Position numbers and translations under genes: made by a program
Shown here: in pieces, positions 50,299 to 58,782 of the stretch
Position numbering within the stretch: the stretch's first letter is position 1
Layout of the letters: each line of letters begins with the position of its first letter
Assembly (NCBI GenBank): GCA_050740755.1
Contig: JBOIDT010000001.1
Coordinates: forward strand, 1 to 58,782
DNA from: Gammaproteobacteria bacterium
GTDB lineage: Bacteria; Pseudomonadota; Gammaproteobacteria; JACCXJ01
DNA: 58,782 nucleotides
Direction of reading: 5' to 3'
The notes under the pieces: generated by a model
What the model was told of the DNA's origin: nothing
Seen by the model: the letters and a program-made list of their open reading frames with translations, nothing else
The model's database searches: none

Positions 50299-50406
50299 CC
50301 CCGTCCGCGAAAAGCGCGGACAGGGGCGGGAGATCCCCGGTTCCGTTCCTTGTGCGTAGCAGGGGCGGGAGATCGCTCCGTCCCTACCCTGCCAAGCAGG
50401 GGAGGG
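50299..50406. repeat. Cluster of GC-rich REP-like imperfect palindromes and a 15-nt direct repeat
   Basis: Hairpin CCCCGTCCGCG-aaaa-CGCGGACAGGGG at 50299..50326. CAGGGGCGGGAGATC occurs at 50321..50335 and 50360..50374. Hairpin CCCTACCCTG-ccaag-CAGGGGAGGG at 50382..50406. Confidence 0.5.
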
Positions 50407-50450
50407 CCAGGTCAAGGAGCGGTGGGACTTGGGGATAGGCCTCTCGCGAC

Positions 50451-50897
50451 TCAATCAGGAAGAAAGTCGCCATCGAGCAGTTGGTCGATGGTGTATGCGC
50501 ATCTCAAGGGGAATAGGTGGCGGTCCAGCTCGGTCTCGATCAGCGCATCCCGGACCGCCTTGGCGTAAATGTCCGCAAGTTCCGCCGCGTTGTCGAGAAC
50601 CGGACGCAAGCTCGGGGACTGCTTCAGCAGCCTATCGATGGCGTCTCGTTGATGGCCAATGGTCAAGAGCCAGCTCTTTCCGCGGCGCTCCGGCTGGTAT
50701 TGATACTTGAGCAGATGACACACCAGCACTTGCAAGCGGCTTTGCAGTTCACGGCGTTCGCTCGCACCCATGCCTTCGAGCTCCTCGGCGATATGGAGCA
50801 CGTCGATGTCGGCCAGTTTTCCTTGACGCAAGAGCGCCGCGTTCTCCAGCGCCCAGGCCTGAAAGTCATGCTCGTACGTTTTTTTCTCTAGCGGCAT
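50451..50897 (-). CDS. DUF29 family protein
   Basis: YEHDFQAWALENAALLRQGKLADIDVLHIAEELEGMGASERRELQSRLQVLVCHLLKYQYQPERR matches my memory of the DUF29 signature. GC is visibly lower than in the neighbouring genes. Confidence 0.85.
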   Translation of the reverse strand: MPLEKKTYEHDFQAWALENAALLRQGKLADIDVLHIAEELEGMGASERRELQSRLQVLVCHLLKYQYQPERRGKSWLLTIGHQRDAIDRLLKQSPSLRPVLDNAAELADIYAKAVRDALIETELDRHLFPLRCAYTIDQLLDGDFLPD

Positions 50898-50994
50898 GGC
50901 CGAAGGATAGGAATTTCACCGTGGTCTTGCAACGGGGCCGGCCAGAGGCTCCAGCGACGCCCGGGACCGGGGGGTTGTTGGTTAGCAGGCGCCG

Positions 50995-52659
50995 CTAGCG
51001 CCGTAAGGCGTTCGCTACCATCAGGAGCCCGAAACCGCCCAGCACCCATACGCCGAACGGGGCCTCGGCGAGCATGGTCTGATCCGCCACGCCGAGACCG
51101 AAGAGCAGCGCGGCGCCGACGATGAAGGCCGCGCCCAGGATGGCATAAACGCCGCGCTCGCCGGCGGCGCGAACCTCGCGGCGGATATCGTGGAACGCCT
51201 GCGCCTCGACATGGAAGCGGAGATCGCCGTGTTTGGCCTGGTCGAGTAGATCGATCACGGCCCCGGGTATTCCGGGGAGGCGCTCGGCCCACATCGGCAC
51301 GCCGTCCCGACTTGCGCGCACCAGCCTCCGGACCCCCACGCGCTCGCCCATCCAGCGTTCCAGCGCCGGCCGCGCGATCTGCCACAGGTCGATCTCCGGG
51401 TACAACTGGCGGGCCACGCCCTCGATGTTGACGAGTGTCTTCTGCAGGAGCAGCAACTGCGGGAGGATCACCATGTGAAAACGCTGCGCGGTCTGGAACA
51501 GGCGCAACAACAAATGCCCGAAGGACACATCGGTGATGGGGCGCTCGAACATCGGCTCGCACACGCTGCGGATGGCGAACTCGAAGTCGTCGACGCGGGT
51601 GCCGGCCGGCACCCAACCGGATTCCACGTGCAGCTCCGCCACGCGTCGGTAATCGCGGTTCAGGAACGCAAGGAAGTTGTTGGCGAGATACCGCTGATCG
51701 AACTCGGACAGAGAGCCCATGATCCCGAAATCGACCGGCACGATCTTGGGCGGGCCGGCACCCAGCGGCGGGATGACGAAGAGATTGCCGGGGTGCATGT
51801 CGGCGTGGAAATAGCGGTCGCGGAACACCGCCGCGAAAAACACCTGCACGGCCGCCTCGGCCAGGCGCCTCAGGTCCACCCCGGCCCTGCGCAGGGCCTC
51901 GACGTTGTCGATGGGGATCCCCGTGACCCGCTCCATGACCAACACGCTCTTTTCGGTCAGGTCCCACTCGATACGCGGCACGTAGACCTCTTCGGCGCCC
52001 TCGAAATTGCGGCGGAGCTGCGAACAATTGGCGGCCTCGCGGACCAGATCCAGCTCGTCGAAGATGATCTTCTCGTATTCCGCGACGATGCGGGTGGGTT
52101 TGAGCCGGCGCCCCTCCGCCCAATAACGCTCCGCGAGCGAGGCGAGGATGTACAAGAGGCCGAGGTCGCGCTGGATGACCTTCTTGATCCCGGGCCGCAC
52201 CACCTTGACCACCACGGCGCGGCCGTCCCGGAGCCGCGCGGCGTGGACCTGGGCGATGGACGCCGAGGCCAGCGGGGTCTCGTCGAATTCCGCGAATACC
52301 TCCGCGGGCGGCCGCCCGTAGGCGCGCTGGACGATGGTGCGCGCCTCCGCGCCCGGAAAGGGCGCGACATGGTCGCGGAGCTTGGCGAGCTCGAGCGCGA
52401 GGTCGTCGGCGAGGAGGTCCTGGCGGGTCGAGAGGAGCTGGCCGAACTTGACGAAGATGGGGCCCAGATCCTCCAAGGCATGGCGGATGCGCTCCGCGCG
52501 CGGGACGTGCGGGGCGCGCACCCAGTTCCACGGCAGAAGATAGAGCACGAAGCGCATGGGCCGCAGGAGGTGGGTCGCGAGGATGATCTCGTCCAGCCCG
52601 TGGCGGATCAGCACCCGCTGAATCCCGAGGACGCGCAGCGCCTGACCGACGGTGATCAT
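50995..52659 (-). CDS. ubiB: Ubiquinone biosynthesis protein kinase-like UbiB
   Basis: LGPIFVKFGQLLSTRQDLL...ASIAQVH...HADMHPGNLFV, with C-terminal TM helices. Confidence 0.95.
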   Translation of the reverse strand: MITVGQALRVLGIQRVLIRHGLDEIILATHLLRPMRFVLYLLPWNWVRAPHVPRAERIRHALEDLGPIFVKFGQLLSTRQDLLADDLALELAKLRDHVAPFPGAEARTIVQRAYGRPPAEVFAEFDETPLASASIAQVHAARLRDGRAVVVKVVRPGIKKVIQRDLGLLYILASLAERYWAEGRRLKPTRIVAEYEKIIFDELDLVREAANCSQLRRNFEGAEEVYVPRIEWDLTEKSVLVMERVTGIPIDNVEALRRAGVDLRRLAEAAVQVFFAAVFRDRYFHADMHPGNLFVIPPLGAGPPKIVPVDFGIMGSLSEFDQRYLANNFLAFLNRDYRRVAELHVESGWVPAGTRVDDFEFAIRSVCEPMFERPITDVSFGHLLLRLFQTAQRFHMVILPQLLLLQKTLVNIEGVARQLYPEIDLWQIARPALERWMGERVGVRRLVRASRDGVPMWAERLPGIPGAVIDLLDQAKHGDLRFHVEAQAFHDIRREVRAAGERGVYAILGAAFIVGAALLFGLGVADQTMLAEAPFGVWVLGGFGLLMVANALRR

Positions 52660-52677
52660 GAGGGGAGGGGTGGGCGC

Positions 52678-53301
52678 TCAGTCCCGCCGGGGGCCGAGCG
52701 CGCGGGCGACCCGCTGGAGGCGCGCCTCCAGGCGGTCCACGTCGTTGCGCAGGGCGTCGACGGCGTCCACGAACTCGGCGATGTCGTGCTTCTCGACCAG
52801 AACCCCGGCCTCGTTTCTCAGGTACTCCACGGTGTCGAGCGCGAGCGCGTGGCGCGCCTTTTCGGCCCAGCCGGATAGATCGCGCACGACGTTTCCGATC
52901 TGATGGGCCGCGATGTCGCCGAGATATTGGGACAGCAGCTCTTCCCAGTCGATGTCGAAGGATGCGAGCATCGACTGCAGGTGGCGGCCGAGCCGCAGAT
53001 CGCCGATGATCTCGACCTCACCGCTGAAGCCCGCCGTCTCTTCCCCACGCGCCATGCGCAGGAGCGCCAGCGGCGTGCCGCGGACGCGCACGTGGACGTC
53101 GCCCGAATAGGCGTCGAGCAGCTCGAAACGATGTTCACCGGGCGCGAAATAAACGGTCTTACCGAGACCCAGGAGCTCGACGGCGATGACCTTTCCGGCC
53201 ATCGCGCGCGCCGCCTCGAGGGTGCGCGGGTCGAGGGAGAGCAGGCGTGCCGACAGCCGCTCGAGCACGGACAGGAACACGGGACCGGCGATCGGATCCA
53301 C
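52678..53301 (-). CDS. ubiJ: Ubiquinone biosynthesis accessory factor UbiJ (SCP2 domain)
   Basis: It sits between ubiE and ubiB and has an SCP2-like N-terminal half (VIAVELLGLGKTVYF...GDLRLG). Confidence 0.8.
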   Translation of the reverse strand: MDPIAGPVFLSVLERLSARLLSLDPRTLEAARAMAGKVIAVELLGLGKTVYFAPGEHRFELLDAYSGDVHVRVRGTPLALLRMARGEETAGFSGEVEIIGDLRLGRHLQSMLASFDIDWEELLSQYLGDIAAHQIGNVVRDLSGWAEKARHALALDTVEYLRNEAGVLVEKHDIAEFVDAVDALRNDVDRLEARLQRVARALGPRRD

Positions 53302-53314
53302 CCGTTCGGCCGGC

Positions 53315-54058
53315 TCAGAGCTTGTAGCCCCGATGCACCGCTGCGATCCCCCCGCTCAGGTTATGGTAGCCGGCCATCTCGAAGCCGGCCTCTTCCATCA
53401 TGGTCTTGAGCGTCGCCTGATCGGGGTGCCGTCGGATGGATTCCACTAAGTACCGGTAGCTGGCGCGGTCGCCCGCGACGACCTGGCCGAGCAGGGGGAT
53501 GACATGGAAGGAATAGAGGTCGTAGAGGCGCTGCAGGAGCGGCATCACGGCCCGCGAGAACTCCAGGATCACGAGCCGTCCACCAAAGCGCAGCACGCGG
53601 TGCATGGATCGCAGCGCGCGGGCCTTGTCGGTCACGTTGCGGAGCCCGAAGGCGATCAGGAGCAGATCGAAGCTGCCATCGGCGAACGGCAGCGTCTGTG
53701 CGTCCGCGAACGAATAGGCGACGTTTCCGGCGATGCCCTGGTCGATCAAGCGATCGCGCCCGAGGCTCAGCATGGCGGCGTTGACATCGCTCAATACCAC
53801 GAGTCCCCGAGGACCGACCCGGTGCGCCAGGCGCGCCGTCATGTCGCCGGTACCCCCGGCGATATCCAGCACCCGTTCGCCGCACCTGGGCCGCGCCAGC
53901 GCCACGGCGAAGGCCTTCCAGGCGCGATGCACGCCCCCCGACATGAGGTCGTTCATGAGGTCGTAGCGGAACGCCACCGAGGTGAAGACCTCTCCCACCT
54001 GGCGCGCCTTCTCGGCGATCGGGAGGATGCGGAAACCGAAGTCGGTGGTCTCGCTCAC
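53315..54058 (-). CDS. ubiE: Demethylmenaquinone/ubiquinone C-methyltransferase
   Basis: TDFGFRILPIAEKARQVGEVFTSVAFRYDLMNDLMSGGVHRAWK...VLDIAGGTGD...FGLRNV. Confidence 0.95.
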   Translation of the reverse strand: MSETTDFGFRILPIAEKARQVGEVFTSVAFRYDLMNDLMSGGVHRAWKAFAVALARPRCGERVLDIAGGTGDMTARLAHRVGPRGLVVLSDVNAAMLSLGRDRLIDQGIAGNVAYSFADAQTLPFADGSFDLLLIAFGLRNVTDKARALRSMHRVLRFGGRLVILEFSRAVMPLLQRLYDLYSFHVIPLLGQVVAGDRASYRYLVESIRRHPDQATLKTMMEEAGFEMAGYHNLSGGIAAVHRGYKL

Positions 54059-54414
54059 GGGGTGGCAGCGGGGGTGCGCGCGTAGCCGAGCTTTTCAAGC
54101 GCGGCGAGGTATTCCGCCCAATAGCGCTCGCGGTGGGCGGCGAGGTCGTGTAGATAATCCCAGGCATAGAGGCCGGTATTATGGCCATCATCGAAGGTGA
54201 GCCTCACGGCGTACTGTCCCACCGGCTCGATCCTGGTGATGTTGACGGCTTCCTTGCCGGTCGGTACCACCCATTCGCCGCCGTGGCCCTGCACCTCGGC
54301 GGACGGCGAGCGTACCCGCAGGAGCTCGCAGGGCAGCTCGTAGCGCTGGCCGTCATCGAAGGCGATCTCGATCACGCGCGATCTCCGGTGCAGTTTGATC
54401 TCGGTCGGGGTCAT
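54055..54414 (-). CDS. DUF971 domain protein
   Basis: Internal ATG 54414 overlaps the hslU stop (ATGA). [19 protein letters not shown]...[27 protein letters not shown]. Confidence 0.8.
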   Translation of the reverse strand: MTPTEIKLHRRSRVIEIAFDDGQRYELPCELLRVRSPSAEVQGHGGEWVVPTGKEAVNITRIEPVGQYAVRLTFDDGHNTGLYAWDYLHDLAAHRERYWAEYLAALEKLGYARTPAATP

Positions 54415-55733
54415 AGGATGTAGCGGGCCAGGTCCTGGTCCTCGGCGAGCGCGCCGAGCTGAGCATCGACATACACGGCATCGACCGTCAGCGCCGCGAG
54501 CTCGTTGCTGCCGGCCGCGAACGACACCGATTCGAGCAGGCGTTCGAGCACCGTGTGCAGGCGCCTGGCGCCGATGTTCTCGGCGCGTTCGTTGACCTGC
54601 CACGCGACCTCGGCCAGGCGCGCGATCCCCGATTCCGCGAACGTGAGGCCCACCCCCTCGGTCTCCATGAGCGCCGTGTATTGCTCGGTCAGCGAGGCGT
54701 CGGGTTCGGTCAGGATGCGCACGAAGTCCCCGACCGTGAGGGCATCGAGCTCGACCCGGATCGGGAGCCGGCCCTGTAGCTCCGGGATGAGGTCCGAGGG
54801 CTTGGAGAGATGAAACGCCCCCGAGGCGATGAACAGGATGTGATCGGTCTTGACCACACCGTACTTGGTCGAGACGGTGCAGCCCTCGACCAGCGGCAGG
54901 AGGTCGCGCTGCACGCCCTCGCGCGAGACATCCGGGCCGCCGTACTCGGAACGGCGCGCGACCTTGTCGATCTCGTCGAGAAACACGATGCCGTGCTGCT
55001 CGGCGCGCTCCACCGCCCGGGTCTTGATATCGTCCTCGTTGATGAGCTTCATGGCCTCTTCCTCGGCCAAGAGCTTTTGCGCCTCCTTGACGCGCAGCTT
55101 GCGGGTGCGGGTGCGCCCTTGGCCGAGGTTCTGGAACATGGACTGGAGCTGCTGGGTCATCTCCTCCATGCCGGGCGGGGCCATGATCTCGACGCCGATG
55201 CGGGGGGCGGAGACCTCGGCCTCGATCTCGCGATCGGCGAGCCTGCCGTCCTTGAGCATCTCGCGGAAGCGCTCGCGGGTCGCGGAGCCGCCCTCGTCAT
55301 GGACGACGCCCATGCGCGGGGCCGGGAGCAGGATGTCGAGCACGCGCTCCTCGGCGGCCGTCTGTGCCTGGGCGCGCACCCGCGACATGGCCTCCTCGCG
55401 CGTCATCTTGACGGCGATGTCGGCGAGATCGCGGATGATGGACTCGACGTCGCGGCCCACGTACCCGATCTCGGTGAACTTGGTGGCCTCGACCTTGAGG
55501 AAGGGCGCCTCGGCGAGCTTGGCGAGCCGCCGCGCGATCTCGGTCTTGCCGACCCCGGTCGGGCCGATCATCAGGATGTTCTTCGGCGTGATCTCGTTGC
55601 GGAGATCCGCGCGCACCTGCTGCCGCCGCCAGCGGTTGCGGAGCGCGATGGCCACGGCGCGCTTGGCGGCGTCCTGACCGATGATGTGTTTGTCGAGCTC
55701 GCGGACGATCTCGGCGGGTGTGAGCGCGCTCAT
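54411..55733 (-). CDS. hslU: ATP-dependent protease ATPase subunit HslU
   Basis: [34 protein letters not shown]...[20 protein letters not shown]...[10 protein letters not shown]. Confidence 0.97.
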   Translation of the reverse strand: MSALTPAEIVRELDKHIIGQDAAKRAVAIALRNRWRRQQVRADLRNEITPKNILMIGPTGVGKTEIARRLAKLAEAPFLKVEATKFTEIGYVGRDVESIIRDLADIAVKMTREEAMSRVRAQAQTAAEERVLDILLPAPRMGVVHDEGGSATRERFREMLKDGRLADREIEAEVSAPRIGVEIMAPPGMEEMTQQLQSMFQNLGQGRTRTRKLRVKEAQKLLAEEEAMKLINEDDIKTRAVERAEQHGIVFLDEIDKVARRSEYGGPDVSREGVQRDLLPLVEGCTVSTKYGVVKTDHILFIASGAFHLSKPSDLIPELQGRLPIRVELDALTVGDFVRILTEPDASLTEQYTALMETEGVGLTFAESGIARLAEVAWQVNERAENIGARRLHTVLERLLESVSFAAGSNELAALTVDAVYVDAQLGALAEDQDLARYIL

Positions 55734-55739
55734 GGGGGC

Positions 55740-56312
55740 CTAGCGGGCCGGCGAGGCCTCGGCCTCCATCTCCTCGATGGTGAGGTTGGCGTTGGTGTAG
55801 ATGCAGATGTCCGCGGCGATGCGGAGCGCCGTCTCCACGATGGCGCGTGCCGGCAACTCCGTGTGCAGAACGAGCGCCCGCGCCGCGGCCTGCGCGAAGG
55901 GGCCGCCCGAGCCGATGGCCAGGACCTCGCCCTCGGGCTCGATCACATCCCCGGTGCCGGAGACGATGAGCGAGGCACCCCGATCGGCGACCGCGAGCAG
56001 GGCTTCCAGCCGCCTCAAGGCCCGATCGGTGCGCCAGTCCTTGGCCAGCTCGACCGCCGAGCGCTTGAGGTTGCCCTGGTGCTTGTCGAGCTTGGCCTCG
56101 AAGCGCTCGAACAGCGTGAACGCATCCGCGGTGCCGCCCGCGAAGCCCGCCAGGATCTGATCGCCGCGCATACGCCTGACCTTGCAGGCATTGCCTTTCA
56201 TGACCGTGTTGCCGAACGACACCTGCCCGTCCCCGCCCATCACCACGCGCCCGGCGCGCCTCACCGAGAGGATGGTGGTGCCTTCGAAATGGAGGTGGGA
56301 GTGGGCGGGCAT
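55740..56312 (-). CDS. hslV: ATP-dependent protease subunit HslV, with an apparent 11-residue N-terminal propeptide
   Basis: [48 protein letters not shown]... The only in-frame start lies 11 codons before the catalytic Thr. Confidence 0.9.
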   Translation of the reverse strand: MPAHSHLHFEGTTILSVRRAGRVVMGGDGQVSFGNTVMKGNACKVRRMRGDQILAGFAGGTADAFTLFERFEAKLDKHQGNLKRSAVELAKDWRTDRALRRLEALLAVADRGASLIVSGTGDVIEPEGEVLAIGSGGPFAQAAARALVLHTELPARAIVETALRIAADICIYTNANLTIEEMEAEASPAR

Positions 56313-56504
56313 GGCCGGGAAGTGTACACCAGGACCGACCCCTGGGCCCTCGGCGGTCCCGGGGTCGGGGCAACTTCGCGTTCGGGACTGGAGGTCTCCG
56401 TCCGGGCGCGCCCCCGATTGCAACCGGGGGTCGTCCATGCGTGCAACGGACCGGACGGCCTCGTCTACCGGGCGCACCGCCGCCGTGTGACGGGGAGTCG
56501 AGAG

Positions 56505-56534
56505 TTTACAAAACCGGTCCCGCCAAGTTATACT
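56505..56534 (+). promoter_or_regulatory. Putative sigma70 promoter of the mazEF-type operon (TTTACA-18 nt-TATACT)
   Basis: Read from the sequence. TGTAA/TTACA half-sites flank the -10 region and could be an autoregulatory operator. Confidence 0.35.
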
Positions 56535-56567
56535 TTAGTGTAATGTAAGAATCCAGAGGTCCTCATC

Positions 56568-56825
56568 ATGCCGATTGCAACTCTTCGCAGTGTGGGCGGT
56601 TCGGTTGTCATGGCCATCCCGAAGCGCATACTGGATTTGGTGCATTTGCAATCCGGTTCGCAAGTGAATATCGATGTCCAGGACGGAAAACTGATTGTTG
56701 AGCCCAAGAAAAAACCACGCTACACCCTCACCGAACTGATGGCGCAGTGCGACCTATCGCAGCCTATGAGCACCGATGAAAGGGAATGGCTTGACACACC
56801 TGCCGTCGGCACAGAGGAACCCTGA
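56568..56825 (+). CDS. mazE: Antitoxin, ChpS/MazE (AbrB/SpoVT fold) family
   Basis: LRSVGGSVVMAIPKRILDLVHLQSGSQVNIDVQDGKLIVEP...YTLTELMAQCD resembles E. coli ChpS. Confidence 0.85.
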   Translation: MPIATLRSVGGSVVMAIPKRILDLVHLQSGSQVNIDVQDGKLIVEPKKKPRYTLTELMAQCDLSQPMSTDEREWLDTPAVGTEEP

Positions 56826-57163
56826 TGCGCATCCCCGGCCGGGGCGAGATTTGGCACGTTAATCTGAACCCAGTCGCGGGCAAGGAACAGCAAGGGTTGA
56901 GACCGGTTCTGGTGGTGTCCGACAAAGGATTTAACCGGTCTGGACTGGTGCTTATCTGTCCGGTCGCACAAGGCGGCAACCAGGCGCGGTTTGCCGGGTT
57001 TGCAGTGTCATTGATGGACACAGGCACGGAAACGCAAGGCGTTGTGATGTGCAACCAGCCGAGAACCATCGACTATGCCGCACGCGCCGCAAGGTTCGTA
57101 GAGGACGTGCCGGATCATGCGGTCGATGAAGTCCTGGCGCGGCTGCAAACCCTTCTGGAGTAA
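56825..57163 (+). CDS. mazF: Toxin, ChpB/MazF/PemK endoribonuclease family
   Basis: RGEIWHVNLNPVAGKEQQGLRPVLVVSDKGFNRSGLVLICPVAQGGNQARFAGFAVSL...GVVMCNQPRTID is collinear with E. coli ChpB. It overlaps the antitoxin stop. Confidence 0.9.
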   Translation: MRIPGRGEIWHVNLNPVAGKEQQGLRPVLVVSDKGFNRSGLVLICPVAQGGNQARFAGFAVSLMDTGTETQGVVMCNQPRTIDYAARAARFVEDVPDHAVDEVLARLQTLLE

Positions 57164-57179
57164 ACGAGCAGTGCTTGTC

Positions 57180-57287
57180 ATGCTCGATGACAAAACAATC
57201 CGCTTCTCAATAGCCCGCCTGGTAGCTGCCGCAACCTCGCCCAGCCAGGTGATCCGGTTCGGCTCGTATGCCGCAAGGCACGACTGA
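57180..57287 (+). pseudogene. Possible N-terminal stub of a nucleotidyltransferase (MNT-type antitoxin)
   Basis: 35 codons ending ...VIRFGSYAARHD then a stop. The FGSYAR motif is typical of minimal nucleotidyltransferases. This is weak evidence. Confidence 0.3.
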
Positions 57288-57302
57288 TGAGTCAGTGCGA
57301 GG

Positions 57303-57428
57303 GTGCGGGTCGAGAATTACCGCGCGCTGAAACGCGTGGAGCTCAAAGACATCATGCCGGTGACGGCGCTGCTAGGGCCCAACGGCAGCGGTAAGTCCAC
57401 CGTGTTCGATGTATTCGCCTTCCAATGA
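57303..57428 (+). pseudogene. N-terminal stub of an AAA/ABC-type ATPase (AAA_15/21-like, OLD/abortive-infection-type)
   Basis: [41 protein letters not shown] then a stop. The Walker A motif is present and the remainder is missing. Confidence 0.55.
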
Positions 57429-57571
57429 AGCGAGAGGTGCTGGAATAGGTTTGGGTAGAAGCAAGCCGCCGGGGTTCCTTAAAGGACCCGCGCACACCAT
57501 GGCACGCGCGCCTCATGCGATGCTGGTGACGGTCTTGGGAAAAACGGCGGCGCGCGACGAAGCGCCTACGA

Positions 57572-58036
57572 TTATTGGAGCGCAAAGAGCAGGATGCCCT
57601 GATAGGCGATGAGGCACCCATAGGCCCCGAGCAGGCCATACAGGATCTTCACGACCGGGAGCCCGCCGAACAGCGAGAAGTTCTTGTGCAGCACGAGCAG
57701 GAGGACGCCCACCGCCGTGATGGCGAGCTTCACCGGCACGAACCACGCGGGCTCGGCCTCGAGGAGCGCGGCCATCACCGGATTGGCCTCTTGGGCGCCC
57801 GCCTCGAGCAGGATCAAAGTGCCGTAGGCATCCGCGACGGCGAGCGTGAACAGGGCGACCGCGGCGAGCACGACCGACGAGGGATAGCGATCGACATAGC
57901 CCGCTTGTGTCCCGGTGCGCCGTTCCGCCACCCGCCGCCCGCGCCAGGCCCCGTAGGCCAGGCTCCGAAGGCTCAAGCGGCGGCGGTCGGTCGCGGAACG
58001 CCCGGCCGCGAGGTCTTCCTGGTGTTCTTCAGACAT
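57572..58036 (-). CDS. Membrane protein, DUF5658-like, with an Arg-rich N-terminal tail
   Basis: Start ATG 58036. Three TM helices and the motif DAYGTLILLEAGAQEANPVMAALL, which I associate with DUF5658. The assignment is tentative. Confidence 0.6.
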   Translation of the reverse strand: MSEEHQEDLAAGRSATDRRRLSLRSLAYGAWRGRRVAERRTGTQAGYVDRYPSSVVLAAVALFTLAVADAYGTLILLEAGAQEANPVMAALLEAEPAWFVPVKLAITAVGVLLLVLHKNFSLFGGLPVVKILYGLLGAYGCLIAYQGILLFALQ

Positions 58037-58079
58037 GAGGGCTAGCCAAAGATATTTGAAATTGTATGCTCTTTTCGAT

Positions 58080-58180
58080 CCCTTCCCCCTGGAAGGGGGA
58101 AGGGTAGGATGGGCGTCGAGTCTCTCAGAACGATGCGACACTCAACCCCCACCCTCGCCCTACCGCTGCCAGGGGGAGGG
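58080..58180. repeat. Two REP-like GC-rich palindromes
   Basis: CCCTTCCCCCT-gg-AAGGGGGAAGGG at 58080..58104 and CCCTCGCCCT...AGGGGGAGGG at 58152..58180. They are the same style as the elements at 50299..50406. Confidence 0.5.
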
Positions 58181-58609
58181 AACAACTTGGTGCCGGCAGC
58201 TTATTGAATTTGCACATGAAATAGAATTTGTTTGAGTCGTTGTGGTCAACATTTGGAACGTAAGTAGCTACTGGGATATCGAGTCGCCAAGCCAAGGCCA
58301 TCGGCAACACCGCTTCGACCCCACAAGAGTCCAGCGCTCTTCCCCTTGTCGCGCGCGACCGTGGTGGGCACAATAGACCCGCTGGTTACCGGTCGTGACT
58401 CGAAAGGAGGGGCATGCGCCGCCGGTCAATCATCAACATCATCCTCGCCAACGGTAATAGCAATACTCGGCGCACCGGCGCCGGCGGTTTCGCCGAGCCC
58501 GGCCGGCCCAGGCAACGGCTGTAAGCGCCGACTGCCGGCATGAGGCTCGGTCCTCCCAGCGGATAGGCCCGCCGGGTGAACGGGTTCTCGGTGGCCGCGA
58601 TGAGAGAGA

Positions 58610-58782
58610 ATGGGGATCACGCTGCCGCTCGGTCGCTACCGGTTCGTGTTCCGGGCCGTCGACGACCTGCGCCTGCCGCGCTACCCGGGCTCCGCCTGGC
58701 GCGGCGTCTTCGGCCATGCCTTGAAGCGCGCCGTGTGCGTGACCGGCCTGCCCGCCTGCCCCGACTGCCTCCTCTACCGGTC
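58610..58782 (+). CDS. Cas6/RAMP-like CRISPR-associated protein, N-terminal 57 codons only (runs off the window)
   Basis: Absent from the ORF track because it is open at the edge. MGITLPLGRYRFVFRAVDDLRLPRYPGSAWRGVFGHALKRAVCVTGLPACPDCLLYR matches the N-terminal pattern I recall for Cys-rich Cas6-type RAMP proteins (LP.Y.GS..RG.FGHALKR..C...C..C). It needs the downstream sequence to confirm. Confidence 0.5.
   Translation, partial: MGITLPLGRYRFVFRAVDDLRLPRYPGSAWRGVFGHALKRAVCVTGLPACPDCLLYR

Noticed and set aside
56313-56480. Sigma32 heat-shock promoter upstream of hslV
   Set aside because: One is expected biologically, but I could not find a convincing CTTGAA...CCCCAT pair by eye on the minus strand.
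58195-58609. Search for a CRISPR repeat-spacer array upstream of the Cas6-like gene, and elsewhere in the window
   Set aside because: No regularly spaced 24-40-nt direct repeats are seen. Only isolated REP-like palindromes and short tandem duplications are present.

Overview
This is a high-GC (about 65% by eye, not computed) chromosomal segment. Gene order looks gammaproteobacterial: pcnB-folK-panBCD, smc-zipA-ligA, and hslVU-DUF971-ubiE-ubiJ-ubiB. A complete pmoCAB operon is closer to pMMO of Methylococcus-type methanotrophs than to AMO, as far as I can recall those sequences. Most of the window is ordinary housekeeping: pyrF, pntAA/AB/B, sohB, mutM, and a gldAFG-like ABC transporter cluster.

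The accessory content, in window order:
1. At the left edge, a Family 2B encapsulin shell gene carrying a cNMP-domain insertion sits directly upstream of a geosmin synthase gene. The synthase runs off the window and is absent from the ORF track.
2. A decayed, gene-poor stretch holds an RND-adaptor fragment. IS5/IS1182-like and ISL3-like transposase remnants lie next to tRNA-Glu(CUC).
3. A membrane-anchored multicopper oxidase is paired with a cupredoxin lipoprotein.
4. A 976-aa protein fuses an alpha/beta-hydrolase domain to a NACHT STAND NTPase (bacterial NLR-like). This is my top candidate for an uncharacterised defence or signalling system.
5. A four-gene operon encodes a PBP-like protein, an outer-membrane barrel, a Cache/HAMP/PAS-GGDEF-EAL protein and a second class I terpene synthase. 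All junctions are short or overlapping. A Ser/Thr kinase with a degenerate receiver-like N terminus follows.
6. A MutS-domain-V paralog with internal transmembrane helices.
7. At the right edge, a small toxin-antitoxin/defence islet: chpS/chpB-type mazEF, nucleotidyltransferase and AAA-ATPase fragments, a DUF5658-like membrane protein, and the 5' end of a Cas6/RAMP-like gene that runs off the window.

I saw no rRNA and no CRISPR array. All homology calls come from reading the translations and recalling family motifs. No database search was run.
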